Shown: piece by piece, positions 1-13,625 of the stretch
Layout: every line of letters starts with the position of its first letter
Numbering within the stretch: position 1 is the first letter of the stretch
DNA from: Tubulanus polymorphus
Taxonomy: Eukaryota > Animalia > Nemertea
Direction of reading: 5' to 3'
Assembly (NCBI RefSeq): GCF_964204645.1
Contig: NC_134025.1
Span: forward strand, 4,712,001-4,776,000
DNA length: 64,000 nt
Program-made: the position numbers and the translations under genes
Notes under the pieces: model-generated
Database searches by the model: none
What the model was told of the DNA's origin: nothing
Seen by the model: only the letters and a program-made list of their open reading frames with translations

Positions 1-48
1 AGTCATGATTTCTTAGTTGAAATAACTTTGTGTCCTTTTATCCACCAG

Positions 49-3000
49 GTGGCGATGACAGACGTGTATTATTATGGAACGTAGAGGATGCCGTCTCGTC
101 TAAAGTACCGACTCCCGTCGATATGAAAGGTCAACATCACAGTAATATATTTACACTCGCTTTTGACCATGAAAACAGAAGGATATTCTCTGGAGGTAAG
201 CTATGCATATCCATCTATATACAACTGAATATTTTCTGCTCATGTAATAGATTTTTTATTAAAAGTTCTGTTATTTTAGGAAACGATGAACAAGTTGTGG
301 TGCATGATATGTCCACGTAAGTAGAGATGATCTCACTGAATATATGATACCAACTCATAGTTAAGTGATATAAAACAGTTACTCTTGTAGAGCTGATACT
401 ATTTGCTCAGTTCAGCTTTTCCACTCTGTCATTGACAGTGGCTTTTTATAATGTCAGAAATTGGAATGAATAGTTTGCACCATTCTATTATTCTCCTAAG
501 CAATAATTCAGCGAATGGATTTAGGAAAAAGGTCCCATATATTTTCTGTATTGTAGGCGAGAAACTGTGGATGTTTTCCTACATGAAGATGCAGTGTATG
601 GATTAAGTACTCATCCTACTAATAATGAACTGTTTGCCAGTGCTTGTGAAGATGGTCGAATTCTGATCTACGATCTTCGGCAATCGACATCAGGTAAGTG
701 GAGAAGTTCCTTAAATGTCCCTTTAGATAACTACGATTCACCCTCATTTCTGTTGATGCAGATTTTGGTGATATTTTTTCAACAATGTCTTTATAATTCT
801 ACTTTTAGATCCTTTTTGTTTGGCGAACTATGTATCTGCGATGCATTCGGTGATGTTCAATCCAGTCGAACCCAGACTTATCGTTACGGCTAATGCTAAA
901 GATGGTATCGGACTATGGGATATTCGTAAACCAAAAAGGTAAAATCATCATTCAAAGTCCTTCGAGACTAGTTGCAGTCAGTGTAGTGTGTAAAAGACAC
1001 TCACAATTCTATGATTTTACAAGATTTGAAAACGAAAATCAGTTACACTGAAGTTATGGGTAGAATTCGGTTACATTGTCAATATCGTTGGTCTTTTATA
1101 TACATATATATGTACGAACATCAGTCTACCTTATACTTACCGGTATAATTGTATTTCATTCAACTGTTCATAACAAACTTGTTTATGCCTATTCCGTAGT
1201 TGCGTGCTTCGTTATGGAGGTGGTTTCACGCAGCAGAGCGCGATGAGCGTTCGATTCAACCGACTCGGGGACCGTATCATCAGTTTGAGGCGTCGTCTGC
1301 CGCCCGTATTGTATAGTATTCAATCTGCCGATGCTGTGTATCAGTTCGACCACACTGGATACTATAATTCCTGTACGATGAAGAGCTGCTGTTTTGCGGG
1401 AGATAAAGACCAGGTTAGTGTTCGTTCAACGGTTATCGAGCTGATTTTTAGCCTACGGTTTAAGGGTATCAAGAATACGTTTTTCATGCTCGTGGGTATT
1501 GTATGTATTTGTAGTATTTGTTGTCTGGATCGGATGATTTCAATCTCTACATGTGGCGTATCCCAGAAACCAGGGATGATGACAAATCAGAAGGTAAGTC
1601 ACATATAAGAAACCATCACCTACGACTTCAAAGGTGACTTCAAAGGTGCTTCTTAATTTGAAAAAATGTCCAAAAATCCTTGACTTGAGAATTAGGCATT
1701 TGGAAATTTTTGTCTAGTTTGTAGTTGTCTGGGTAAATTACCCCTATATCAATACAGTTGGGACCTGGATTTCTTACCCTATTAGACAGTTTCCAAATTA
1801 GAGACCAAGTTGAGGTTGTGTAAAGGATAAGAATTTGCTTACAAAACCATTGAATTAATGGTTTACTGATATAAACAGTACTGATATAGGAGGAGGCTGC
1901 AGTAATGGGATATGAAAGTAATGCAGACACTCCTCAAAATTTGAGATTCCTTAACGTTTTCTTTGTTTCAGTGAAATTGATCGAAAGCGCTCATTTAGTG
2001 CTTAAAGGACACAGATCTATCGTAAATCAAGTTCGCTTCAATCCAGCTAATCATCTCATCATCTCATCTGGTGTCGAGAAAGTGATCAAGGTAGAAAACT
2101 AAGTTCATCCAACTCAATAACGATAGAGTAACTAGGCTCTTAAAATAGGGTAAAGGTATTGAAATTTGATATTTGTGATTGCTTTTTTAGGCGTGGAGCC
2201 CATTTCCTATGAATATGAGTTGCGGTGGAATAAATGACGATGATGAGGAACGAGAACGACCCGTATATTCACACGAGGAATATCTGAATTTAGTGATCGC
2301 GAACGGTCACGTTATGGAACACGATTACAGTCAGCAGTCGATTGAAGAAGATCCGAGAATGATGGCGTTCTTCGATTCGTTGGTGCAGCGCGAGTTAGAA
2401 GAGTGGGATACCGACAGTTTGAGCACGAATTCTGACGATTTTTACACGAATTACGTCGAAATGATTTCCGACGGCGAAAATTTAAGCGGATCGGAAGCCG
2501 AAATGCTTCAAGTCGGTCGTTTTCCGATACCGCTGCCGCGAACGCAGCTTTCAGAACTGATCGTGACGCGGTCTGAACCGCGGACCGGCGACCCGGAATT
2601 AGCGAGCGAACCGGTGGAACTAGTGCAAGCTGAAACAGATGATCCGCAACCAGCGGCATCGAATTCAGCATCTCCTGATAATGATGTAGATAGTCTGGCA
2701 GTGAACAATAATGAGCTAACTGAATCGGATAGCAATTCGGGCCAGCGTACAATTTCTAGTCTCATCGAAAAAAAGAGAAAGGTTTACGTCGCTCGGATGA
2801 AAAAACCGTCTCCGGCCAAAAGCATGAGCAAAAAGAAAAAACGTAAGTTGATCTTGTTGAAACGTAAAATCAGTAATCCCTCGGACTTCTCGTCGAGTGA
2901 TTCGGACAGTAACGGCGAAGCGAATTCTGATTCGACTGATAATTCGAAAAGATGCGCGAAAAAAACTAGTCTCCCGCCTCTTCTGCAGACAGGACAGTCG

Positions 3001-3396
3001 GGTATGTCGACAAATTTATCTCGTTTGAAAATATTGCGTTCACGTGTCACGCGCGGTGAGAATGATCACGAACCTCAAGCAGGAACGAGTCGACAGTCGA
3101 CGGAAACAGCCGACGAACAGCGTAAACCGGTTGCGCCCGGTAAAGCTTTCGAGACCGTTACCGTCAGACGACAGTCTAACGAAACAGACGCTACCGGTGG
3201 TGCGCCCCCTAGCGGTGAATCAAACGCCGGCGAAGACAATCGTTCGAACGATTCCGGCGTACCGGGTCAAAACGGCGAAATAACCTGGACCGAATTCAAA
3301 CGTTTTAAGAATAAACTGGAGCGAGCGCGGAGAAAATATCGGCGTCAAAGTCAACAGGATCAGTCGAGCGGTGATGACGCGACCGAACCAGTTTAA
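49..3396 (+). CDS. DCAF5: DDB1- and CUL4-associated factor 5 (WD40 repeat protein), 5' end outside window. Exons 49-195, 280-316, 557-693, 809-938, 1200-1413, 1515-1593, 1972-2090, 2191-3396
   Basis: GT-AG exons join in frame to give GGDDRRVLLW, HHSNIFTLAFD, GNDEQVVVHD, HEDAVYGLS, GYYNSCTMKSCCFAGDKDQYLLSGSDDFNLYMW, LKGHRSIVNQVRFNP, SSGVEKVIK and EEDPRMMAFFDSLV, all characteristic of DCAF5/WDR22. Long acidic, Ser-rich C-terminal tail. Confidence 0.93.
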
Positions 3397-4632
3397 ATCT
3401 CTGTTTTACTCGAACTTTTCCGAGTTTTTCGAACCAATAATTTTTGTCTTGAAATTAGATGCAGTAGTGCCTGCCTAAAAACTGTGCATGTATTCGCTTA
3501 TTAGTGTATTATACTAAATTCTAAATACATGTATGTATAATTATGACTATGTGACCTGTGTTGAAAATAAATCATTTAGATCTAAAATCATGAACTATGA
3601 AGTTAATTCAACCTGTTCTCTCTGCTCTAAGACATTTGAAGATGTGCTAACCTTGTTGACTTTTTCACTTGCTTCAAGTATGCTCAAATAAAATACATGG
3701 CATGCACTGGTTAACTTAGTGTATGTTTTCCTGATTTACTACAGTTGATTGTTGAATTATATGAACTATTATTAAGCAATAATCAAAGTCAAAATTCTTA
3801 TACATAATTGTTTCGTACAATTTTGGGTTCAAAATTTGCGGATTAACTTTTGTTGTACAATGAAAACAATCTGCATGTTGTCGCAAAAGAAGCTTTCGTC
3901 TGAAATATAAGTATTTGATGTATATCATTTTCCATTTCGTCATTGTTTGAGGTGTAAGTCGAAATCCATTTCTTGTGTAGTGAATTCCCGATCAACAGTG
4001 GGAGTCTCATGAATTGTAATGATGGCGTGTTGATGGTGCCAACAATTTATTCTACGGTTTACACATCCATTTCATCGGCTTAAAATGAATAGATATTTCC
4101 CGATTCCATTAATTCCGAGCTTTTTTAGCTCTGGGGTGTTGTCATACATGTAATATATATGAAGGAATGAGACGTACATAGCGGAGGTATATCAAACGAC
4201 TTGTTGCATGTTAAGCTTTTTCATTAACACACTACTTTATCCCTGAAAACAGCTCACGAGAAGAACAAAACAAAACCGACACAACTGAATGAAAAATCGG
4301 TAGAAATTATTTTTAATAAAAGTACTTTATTACTCATGCTGTGACGAGCAATTACAGGAGTGTATTGACACTGTGTAACAGTTACAGTGATATATGCATA
4401 AATGCATAGATTCATTTGTTCTCGTGCTCATGTTAATGATTAATCATTCTCGGTCAAAAACGATTACAAATATTTCATGGTTGATGGGACAAGTTGATAA
4501 TGAAACATTTTCCCTAGTTGCTTCCTAGATTGAAATTTTCCTCTGCACACGAATGATATTGCCACAATGAACCGTTGGCTCGGCTGTTGTTGTCTCGGAG
4601 TGATCCGCAAATTGAATCTCACCAAGCGAGTT

Positions 4633-6493
4633 TCATCGACCGCCCTTATTGTAATGACGATTATGAAATGTCATCGTCGTGTTTACGAATTTTAATTTTA
4701 CTCGTACAATCGTGTATAGCTTTTTCCTGACGACACCTTCAAGGTCGTATTTCAATGAAGTCAATCCGTCGTTTTTGTAACGACGAAAACTTTGAGTCAT
4801 TAGCAGAAACCTAAAATCAGAACAATGAGTCTACATTCGTAACGTTACAATGTTCTTTGTTGATTCGGAATGTCAAAATGGCAGAATTTAATAGAATTCG
4901 CGTTCTGAGAACTGGATCGGGTACATGATATCAATGTTCATAACAATAATCATACAAAGGACCAGACCCGGTTCAATTGACCAGGTATCGAGTAAACTTT
5001 AGGGGTGACAACCACCATAAGAAACCATCATGGTAACAACTGACAGATTTAAAAATGTACCGGGGGATTATTTTGCCACCAAATCTATGAGACTCAGTCC
5101 AGGACTGTTTTATCAATAATAAACATTTTATTTACCGATTAGGATTTCTTCGCGCCGATGGGTGCTTTAGCATCGTATATCTGGATATCGACGACTTGTA
5201 ACGAATCACTCGAATCGATTTGATGAGCATCCTAAAGAAGCATAGAAAGGGAGAAACGAACGATCAATTAACGCGAAAAACAACATTGTTCTTATATCAC
5301 TGTTAAACCGTTAGAGTATTCCAATATTAGAATAGATTTATAACTTATTAGCGTGAAACCTGGTATGCATTTCGTCGTCCTCTCCGCCCCAGCCCCAGAA
5401 AAGGTTACTAAATCCGTTAACCCGCTGGAAATCAATTCGTCTCATCACTAGGGCTCCACCGACCAGTTGAGAATACGGCAACCTACACGTAAATCAAAAG
5501 GCATCTACATACTTTATAAACCCTTGTGAATTTGTGACAAAATTAATGAATACCCGTAAATAAATATTCACGTATAATTGAATGTGTCGATGGCTACGGT
5601 TAAGTGACGGGCACGTCGGATCGGTGGACACAGATATAAGTTTCGTAGATCCTCCGGCAATAGATCAACGTCGTGAAATATGAAACAATCGTAAACTGCT
5701 TGTTTCTGGGCTTCGATGAAACCACTATTTAGTAACGCGGCTCTGTTGAACGGGAATTCGTCAACCTTAATTAAAGGAAAAGATAAAATAACTTACAATA
5801 GTTCGGTACTGAATCACAGTAAATCTAGATGTCTATAAATGTTTGTTTACGTACCTGTTCTATCACAAAAATCGTGTAATCTATGCTTTGTAATTGAAGA
5901 AAACTGTGCATATGACGTAAAAATATTCGCAGATGATCCTCTCGATGTCTATAGGGCACAATCAACGCTACTTTGTCTTTCGATCGGCAATTAGAGGGTT
6001 TCCACTGACCGCCCCACATAACGTCCCTGAATTTGAAACCTGAGTCGTCATTTGGCACTGTAGTGTTTATACCAACTTTGATTTGCATGTTTCGCGCCAT
6101 GGTATGGATGCAGTTGATTACATGTTCGGAGCTTTTATTAGCTGAACTCATAGCGGTTTTCGTTTTCCTGGTTGTATTTTCTGCTCCCTTATTTTCTTGA
6201 AATGTTTTTAACGAATGCACAGGTAACGATGTCTCGTTTATTTCATTCATAAGCCTCTTTCCATTTACAATATGTTTGGAAAGTGTAATATTACTCCTAT
6301 TTCCTTGCGAATTACGAAGCTTGAAATGCAATCGTCGGTTGTTTAATGTCCTACGTTTTGAGATGTCAGTGTTCATAAATCGAAAAATCTGTTGACTCAG
6401 CGACAGGCTATTGTACACCAATACCAGACAGCTTATCCAAATAGCGATAGATACATTTTTCCATTTATAACGTATCATTTCCAAGTACCGCAT
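4633..6493 (-). CDS. Glycosyltransferase family 7 (beta-1,4-galactosyl/N-acetylgalactosaminyltransferase, B4GALT/bre-4-like), type II membrane protein. Exons 6493-5855, 5765-5572, 5482-5360, 5231-5136, 4810-4633
   Basis: Spliced translation has an N-terminal TM segment, GGQWKPSNC, KVALIVPYRHREDHL, FNRAALLN, DCFIFHDVDLLP (DxD motif), VNGFSNLFWGWGGEDDE and DGLTSLKY. TGA stop at 4635-4633. Confidence 0.93.
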
Positions 6494-7603
6494 AAGACCG
6501 TAATCAGCTAAATGGAATTATCGGCAGCATTACCGTTTGGAGTAGCATGATAGAAAATCCTTAAAAATCACAGCTTTTATAAAGCGTTGGCCAAATTTAC
6601 AGATGTTACGTATCCAGATGCCAAATAAATTATTATCGAACGAAAGATATTTTGACGTCACATTTCGTACAACGGCGAATGGCTCCATGGTCACAAACAT
6701 CTGCGCAAATCATTTATCATCTGGTTCTTTTTCTTCATCTCGACGAACATGATTTCTACTCACACCCTTCCACGCAGACGTGTCAAAATGCCTTTTATCC
6801 AAATATGTTCAATAGATCTAGAAGAACTTATACTATATACGCGTTTGAACGAAAAAAAATCACGTTTCTTGTCTATGATTTATAGTAACATATGTACACA
6901 TATGGAAATAATGACATTTCTTCAATTCGTCATTGCTGTCCGTTCATAAATCTGTTACTCTGGTGAGAAATATACACTTAAAACATACATTTACTATTTC
7001 TGCAAGTAGAGCTTCTAAGGCATATATAACCGACACATGAATTTGATATGATAAACAAATGAAGAAGCATTTTTATTTTCCAAAAGGTATCGAGTATTGA
7101 TAGAGTACTTCGTGACCGCAGGTTTATATGTTTTTATTCTAGGATATTTTGTTATCAATTCACTGACCAATTAATAATCAAAATTAATCGTAAGAGCATT
7201 AATAAGATTATGAGGACAGAAAGTAGAAGAAATGGTGAGATTCTACCATATGGTGGAGTAACCGTAATATCCATCTAACGCATACTTGACATTTCTTATC
7301 GCTGAAACTGATAAACCTTGTAAAATGTGCGATAAACCAGCAACGGTAACCGTGAAATTAACATTATTAACCTGTCAAACGCGTTCTATCAAGCGTTTTG
7401 ATACGTAATGACACACGCCTGTTCAGCTGTATGATTTTAAATCGACTATAAGACCGATTTTAACAACAAAAAAAAAAACCACAACAACATGGAAGTGACC
7501 GTTATTCTCCAGACATTGAGAGACCCGTGTATTTGGTAAAACGTGTATTCGCATTCTACTAAAAAATTCATCGAAGACCGTCTCTACAAAACGACAGCAA
7601 AAC

Positions 7604-9145
7604 ATGCACGAATCTGTAGAAAAACCAGAAACGATGACATCTAATGGCACTTATGTCATGTCAGAAGTTGTTAATGAAATGGAAAGGATTGTTGGACGTA
7701 TCAATGAAAAACAACGACAGTTATTCTTACCGAGTATGGTCTATTTGCTGATAGTGATGGTATTAGGAACTGTGGGTAACTTACTAGTTTTGTACGTATT
7801 TATCGTAAAACGAAAATCAAAATCGATTCCGTCTTATTTCATAAAATGTCTGTCAACCGTCGACCTGACTGTCTGCGCGGTGATGGTGCCTATACAGATT
7901 TATTTATGTATGGATTATTATTCTATGAGAGTAGAAATAAAGACAGTATGCAGCGTTACAAGATGGTTGATGTACGGTTCTGTTTCGGCTTCGTGTTTAG
8001 TTTTGACGTACGTGGCCTACGACAGATACATAGCTATTTGCCGCCCGCTCCAGTGGTACACGAAAAACAAATGGCGAACAAAAGTGCTGGCATCTTTGGC
8101 CGTTTTCGTCGGTTTCGCATCGCAGTTGTCGCAGTTTGCAGTACCCGAGATGAACAACATAAGTTTCAATAAAGTGACCTCGGTAGATGCCTATAAAATG
8201 AAACTAAATTTCAGCGAACACGTAACGAACAAAACTGAAATATTCGTGTGTGAACATTTGTACGAATACGAGAACTATGGTTATATGACGTTTATTCTGG
8301 TTGCTTTGGTTATTTTCCTCCTAGTTTCTTTATTCATGACAATATCGTACTGTCTAATATGGCGCCAGGTGCGACATCGGCGGCTTGCTTGGAAGGAAAA
8401 ACAATTGAGCGTATCGGGCACATCATTATCTACTCGAAAAACATCAACTACATCTTTTGATTCTTGCGATTTGCGCAGGTCGAGTCTCACTAGTCGACAA
8501 GGTGTCTACAATATCAATGAGTCTCCTCAACAGAGACGTTCGGGTCTCTTCACCGTCCAGTTAAAACATCAGGAAGTTATATGTCACTTGATGAGACAAT
8601 CGCGGCAATCATTTGACGACAGTGACATCCCTGCACAACCTAAAAACCACGATACTCGTAGAGTTAGTATCTCAGATAATATAGATGTTTTAAACCAGAC
8701 GTGTGAAATTGAACTCAATGAACAAGAAGGAATTCGACAAACAACATCGTCGCCTGATATTCCACTCGATCGCAAACGTTCTTCGATTGAATCGCTGAAG
8801 ATTTCTGACCTTCGAGATTCTTCGACTCGGCGAAATTCAGAATCGGCTCGGAAATCGTCGATCGTATCTTTTCAACAAAATATCAAAATGGTTCGCATAT
8901 TTATGTGCGTAACTATCATACTGGTGTTGACCTGGACTCCGTTCTGGATTTTGAAACTGTGCTCGATCATCATCGACGATTTTATCGTGTACCAAACTGA
9001 GACGATGTCTATGATGATGTACTTGCTAAATTACTTATTCTATATGAACAGCGCTATAAACCCAATCGTGTACATCATTTTACAGAAACAATTTCGGGAT
9101 GATTGCATCGATATCTTCTGTTGTGCTTTTAAATTGCGACGTTGA
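7604..9145 (+). CDS. Orphan rhodopsin-like (class A) GPCR, single coding exon, long third intracellular loop
   Basis: 513-aa ORF with 7 hydrophobic segments, TM1 GN, TM2 LSTVD, DRY, TM6 WTP, TM7 NPIVY and a C-terminal CC. Ligand class cannot be assigned. Confidence 0.92.
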   Translation: MHESVEKPETMTSNGTYVMSEVVNEMERIVGRINEKQRQLFLPSMVYLLIVMVLGTVGNLLVLYVFIVKRKSKSIPSYFIKCLSTVDLTVCAVMVPIQIYLCMDYYSMRVEIKTVCSVTRWLMYGSVSASCLVLTYVAYDRYIAICRPLQWYTKNKWRTKVLASLAVFVGFASQLSQFAVPEMNNISFNKVTSVDAYKMKLNFSEHVTNKTEIFVCEHLYEYENYGYMTFILVALVIFLLVSLFMTISYCLIWRQVRHRRLAWKEKQLSVSGTSLSTRKTSTTSFDSCDLRRSSLTSRQGVYNINESPQQRRSGLFTVQLKHQEVICHLMRQSRQSFDDSDIPAQPKNHDTRRVSISDNIDVLNQTCEIELNEQEGIRQTTSSPDIPLDRKRSSIESLKISDLRDSSTRRNSESARKSSIVSFQQNIKMVRIFMCVTIILVLTWTPFWILKLCSIIIDDFIVYQTETMSMMMYLLNYLFYMNSAINPIVYIILQKQFRDDCIDIFCCAFKLRR

Positions 9146-10120
9146 ATCTGATACTCGGTTTAACTTGAAACTATGTAAACGTGAACTTATCGGTGTTTAC
9201 TCGGTTTTATCTAAAAAAAAGAAACATCGAATAAAGAACAATGTCAACAGATCACCCACCACGCATTCCATACAAATGGTCATATTTCAAGAAACTTGTT
9301 CTACACACGGAATACTTTCCTTATCCAGATTGTGTTCGAAAACATTCTGTGTATACACGTCGCTGTATTAACAAATTTGAGATTTTTGCTCGGCTAGGCC
9401 AGGGACACTGCGACAGGTGCTAGAAAGCGTAAAAGGGGAAATTAAGCTGATATACATCATTCTGTCCAATGATTGAATCTATTTTGATTTCGTATAATAG
9501 CGTATTGTGTATTTACGTTTCGCTTGGTGTAAGTAACAGTTTAATTATAAGTCCTAGCCGCATACTAGTCACGACCGCTCCATAACACATTGTCTCAATG
9601 AAGACTATAGCATTGATTGACATGGGTCATTATTTGCGAATGGTCGCTATAGCTGTCGTTCCACGCCAGTTCAGTTATAGTATTTGAAAACATACATTTA
9701 CATATTTACCTTCCACCTGCACGTTTGTTTTTGGCAGTGATATCCTAATCGTTAGTTACTAAGGGAGACTTTGAAACAGTTCTAGAACAGATCACCTGTA
9801 ACCGTCGGGGACGAAAGGTAGGAACATATTTCTAAGCACGAAAATATACAGTAGATACCGATTTTTGAACGATGCAATATCTAGTTTAGGCTATTATTTC
9901 AAAAGTTGAAATAAAACGTATTTATGGATAATTCTTATTTAAAAAAAAAACATGATTTAACCGCTGCGTTCTAACAAACAGCCGTGTGAAGATAACATCT
10001 TTTCAATAATGTAACCGATAAGTCACGCAGATAGGCGGTGTGAAATAGGTACGCATATATCTGTATCAGTGTGTAGGACTTTTGATTGATGTTTTCAATA
10101 TTTGCTTTTTAGGAAAAATC

Positions 10121-10841
10121 ATGGCAGCACCTCAGGTAATATTGCTGAATTAATAATCTGGATCAGTTTTGAGATGAAAACAAATATAGAACACTATTCC
10201 ATTACCAATAAACTACATCTGGGCCAACTTTTTGTTGTTGCCATCTACACATACATAATTTACCATTTCTACTTCAGATTAAGGATGAACCGGGTAGACT
10301 ACTAGCGCCACCTACGGGTAATACCCGCCGAGCATCGATAGCATCAACGGGTTCGCAGGGATCGCAACAGAGGCTTCTTTCAGTGCGTCGAAAATCAACA
10401 CTGCGCAGCGTTGCGCATTCGTTAGCATTCATGCGCAGAATGACCAAACCGACCATCGAAGTAGAACAAAAATCGAAAGTGAAATACGAAAATACGTACA
10501 AAACCGTTCCCGACCCTGGTACAACTTTCAGCAAACCTAAGGTGGAAGAAATCGTAAATCACGTTTTTAGCACGTATCTCGATGACTTAAAGTACAATGC
10601 CAAAGAATGTAGCGGCCTAGCAATGGATTTATCTCAAATTATACAAAATCGGATTAAAGACCTCAAATTCAAACGTTACAAAGTGGTTGTGAACGTTGTT
10701 CTCGGGGAGAAACGAGACCAAGGTATAGAGGCTGCTAGTCGATGTATATGGGAGTCAAGTACGGACAGTTTTGCGTGCGTTCATTATGGAAACGCGACGT
10801 TGTTTGCTGTCGCTACAATTCACGGAATTTACTACGAATGA
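10121..10841 (+). CDS. Tctex1-domain dynein light chain (TCTEX1D1/DYNLT5-like). Exons 10121-10135, 10278-10841
   Basis: Micro-exon MAAPQ|GT joins the in-frame acceptor at 10277. Motifs YENTYK..P, IKDLKFKRYKVVVNVVLGE, SRCIWESSTDSFA and FAVATIHGIYYE-stop are typical of the Tctex1 family. Confidence 0.9.
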
Positions 10842-12806
10842 TCTCCAACAAAAGAAACGACAGTAAGACAATGTAGTATAATACTGGGCATTGCAGTTTG
10901 ACAGTTATGACATGAAAGTCCAACGATTTGCGTAGGATTAATGCTAAGCCGAATGGTATTAGATTAATATTAGATTGTATTTAGAATGGGTAGCTCTAAA
11001 GAAACATATCAATGAAGGAAGGAGGTACAATCGCGTGCGGAACAGAAGAAGCAGTAGTGAGACATTGTCGAAATATACCTCCAAGCAATATTTGCCGCTT
11101 GCGTCGATAACTATTATGAATTATAAAAATTACGTCGCGAATACAAACGCCATTTTCTAAGCAAAAAGAAAATATGAAGATTGAGTATCCGATATTTGTA
11201 TATAATATTTGATATATTCAATATATATCTGTACATACTCTATGTATGTCTTATCACCATATCTTGTGGTATTACACTGATACATGAAATAAATCAAATT
11301 GAAATACAAATGTTTGTCAATAATTTCTTAGCCGATAGCAACGGTGGTGATATCGGTTTCTTTCGTGGAAACGGTCGATATAAAAGAACGGTCTAAAAGC
11401 GGGATTCTTTTCAACCGCAAGAGATTAGGATTCGAACTGACTAGAAGAGACTAGTAGATTTCCCTTCGACCAGAGCGATTTTACCTGACCGCGCGCCATC
11501 AATCGATGTTATCAGTAACGAAAGGTCAGCTGCACTTTTATACACCACGATATAAATAGTTCGCGCTACGAGCTAAGGACAGAAGAACTCGTTTCTGCTC
11601 TCAAACATCGTACGATATTTGCCCGCGATCTAATACAAGCACGACACGCCAGCCAAAGTCCACGCCTCTCGATAATATAACGCGACCTGATAACATTGAA
11701 CGCGGCCATTTCATCTCGAGTCGTAAGTGGGATAGCATCCACCTGGCGCTGGGTTGATATATACTACAAAAACATCGAAAATAACCATATCATTAAAGGT
11801 AAGCTCGCTAAATACATTATTTCTATCAGGCGATAGTGCTTATAATAAAATATGGCAGGTATGACGTATTGGACTGGCATGGATTATTGGGAAAAAATAC
11901 ATGTTTTTAGGAATGGTTGTCCTAATCTCCGATAGATATTACTTGGGATGATACATGTCCCTTTATCTAGATGCTCACACGCTATTAAGAATAGCTGGTA
12001 GTTTATACGTCCATGGAATGGTAAGGATGAACGTTGTATCGATTCATTGGGATGCGGCTACATTCTCATTCCCTCCTCACTGTATATAATACAGCGTGTA
12101 TAGGGCCTGCTCAAACGGTGACTCAGTCGATTCCTTCAAACGACAATTTAATGGAAGTCGATCCCGTACAATGCATTATCCAGCATTAGTTGAATTTAAC
12201 CATTTAAAACCATCTGTGTCGATACAATGCGGATAAATACACATGCAATTCGCATACATTGCATGTGCATATACATCTTAATTCGATGTGATATCTACAA
12301 ATTGAATTTTTGTTTGGAAATGGTTTTACTATGGCGAATCGAATCGAATTCGTTTGAACACGACCGAACGCCTGTTCGAGATAAAGCCGGTCGTCAGCCG
12401 ATTGTGACCCGTTTTTTAGATATTCATGACGCGCAGACATGTTTGTTATTAGTTAGCACTTGGCGACGCAAACAGTCCTCTAAAAAACTGCGTTAAGCGG
12501 AATTCATTAGAGTCATTAGATCACACAATATTGTTCAACTAATGAGAAATTGACAGTATCCAAAAGGTACCTTTAACGTTTGTTGGAGTTTCTGTAGGAT
12601 GCTTGGTAGATTGTTGGTTACCATTAGTTTCCATTCGCATAAGCCGCCGTTTTCCCACCATTAGTGCAATACTCTATGTAATGTCAGGCTGATTGGGTTG
12701 TTTTGTCTTTTTTCTAGGGACTTCACATCGATTTATCTGTCAAGTGTTCCGTACCCAAAGCCTGCCCACTTGGTGAAGATCGACGACTCAAGATATAAAA
12801 ATTCCG

Positions 12807-13625
12807 ATGGAAAATCATCCAAAAACATCCGTGAACTACTCGGTAGTATTCGATTTCGAGAAGAAAATTGACAGCGATTCTTTTGCACAATGGATGACGG
12901 AGAATTGGACCCACAGTTTTGTATACTCTATAGTCTACCTGATAGTTATATTTAGCGGTAAAGTTTACATGCAGAAACGTCCCAGATACGAACTACGTAC
13001 GGCACTTGCTATATGGAGCGCCATTCTGGCCGTATTCAGCCTGATGGGCGCAATTCGTACCTGGCCTGAATTCTTGCATTCAATCCGCCACCATGGAATA
13101 GAATATTCTGTATGCGTGCCTAGTTATTACTATGACAAGGTATTCGGATTCTGGGCTATCTTATTCACGTTGTCGAAGGTGTACGAGTTAGGAGACACGA
13201 TGTTCATTATTCTACGCAAACAACAACTTATTTTCCTGCATTGGTACCACCATTTCGCCACCCTGATGTACGCCTGGTACAGTTACACCGAGTACCCAGC
13301 TCCAGCACGTTGGTTTATCGTCATGAATTACACCGTTCACGCGTTCATGTACACCTATTATGCCCTAAAAGCCATGAAATTCAACATTCCTCGCTGGGTG
13401 AATATCATCATCACGAGCATGCAGCTCACTCAAATGATCATCGCTTGCGCCATAAACATCTGGATCTACAATATCAAAAAGCGTGGAAAATTCTGCCATC
13501 AGTCCGACGGGAATATCAGAATCGCGCTTACGATGTATCTTAGCTATTTCATTTTGTTCGGACATTTCTTCTACACAACGTATATGGTTAAGAAACAATC
13601 TCGATCACCAAAGAAAATACAATAA
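12807..13625 (+). CDS. ELOVL6: Very-long-chain fatty acid elongase, ELOVL3/6 class; single coding exon
   Basis: LSKVYELGDTMFIILRKQQLIFLHWYHH (HxxHH box), MNYTVHAFMYTYY, ITSMQLTQM and a C-terminal KKxx ER-retrieval signal (KKIQ). Splice acceptor near 12717 upstream of the ATG. Confidence 0.93.
   Translation: MENHPKTSVNYSVVFDFEKKIDSDSFAQWMTENWTHSFVYSIVYLIVIFSGKVYMQKRPRYELRTALAIWSAILAVFSLMGAIRTWPEFLHSIRHHGIEYSVCVPSYYYDKVFGFWAILFTLSKVYELGDTMFIILRKQQLIFLHWYHHFATLMYAWYSYTEYPAPARWFIVMNYTVHAFMYTYYALKAMKFNIPRWVNIIITSMQLTQMIIACAINIWIYNIKKRGKFCHQSDGNIRIALTMYLSYFILFGHFFYTTYMVKKQSRSPKKIQ

Noticed and set aside
2312-3283. Antisense and alternate-frame ORFs overlapping DCAF5, and likewise those over the GPCRs, ELOVL6 and TRIM
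   Set aside because: Expected by-products of real coding sequence on the other strand or frame.
5005-5040. gtgacaac-caccataagaaaccatcatg-gtaacaac as an 8-bp-duplication P footprint
   Set aside because: The insert is not an inverted repeat and could be chance or an RFX-like half site.
10121-10841. Functional link between the Tctex1-domain gene and the LC8-motif TRIM in the same window
   Set aside because: They are 39 kb apart with unrelated genes between. Tctex1 and LC8 recognise different motifs, and animal gene neighbourhood rarely implies a shared pathway.
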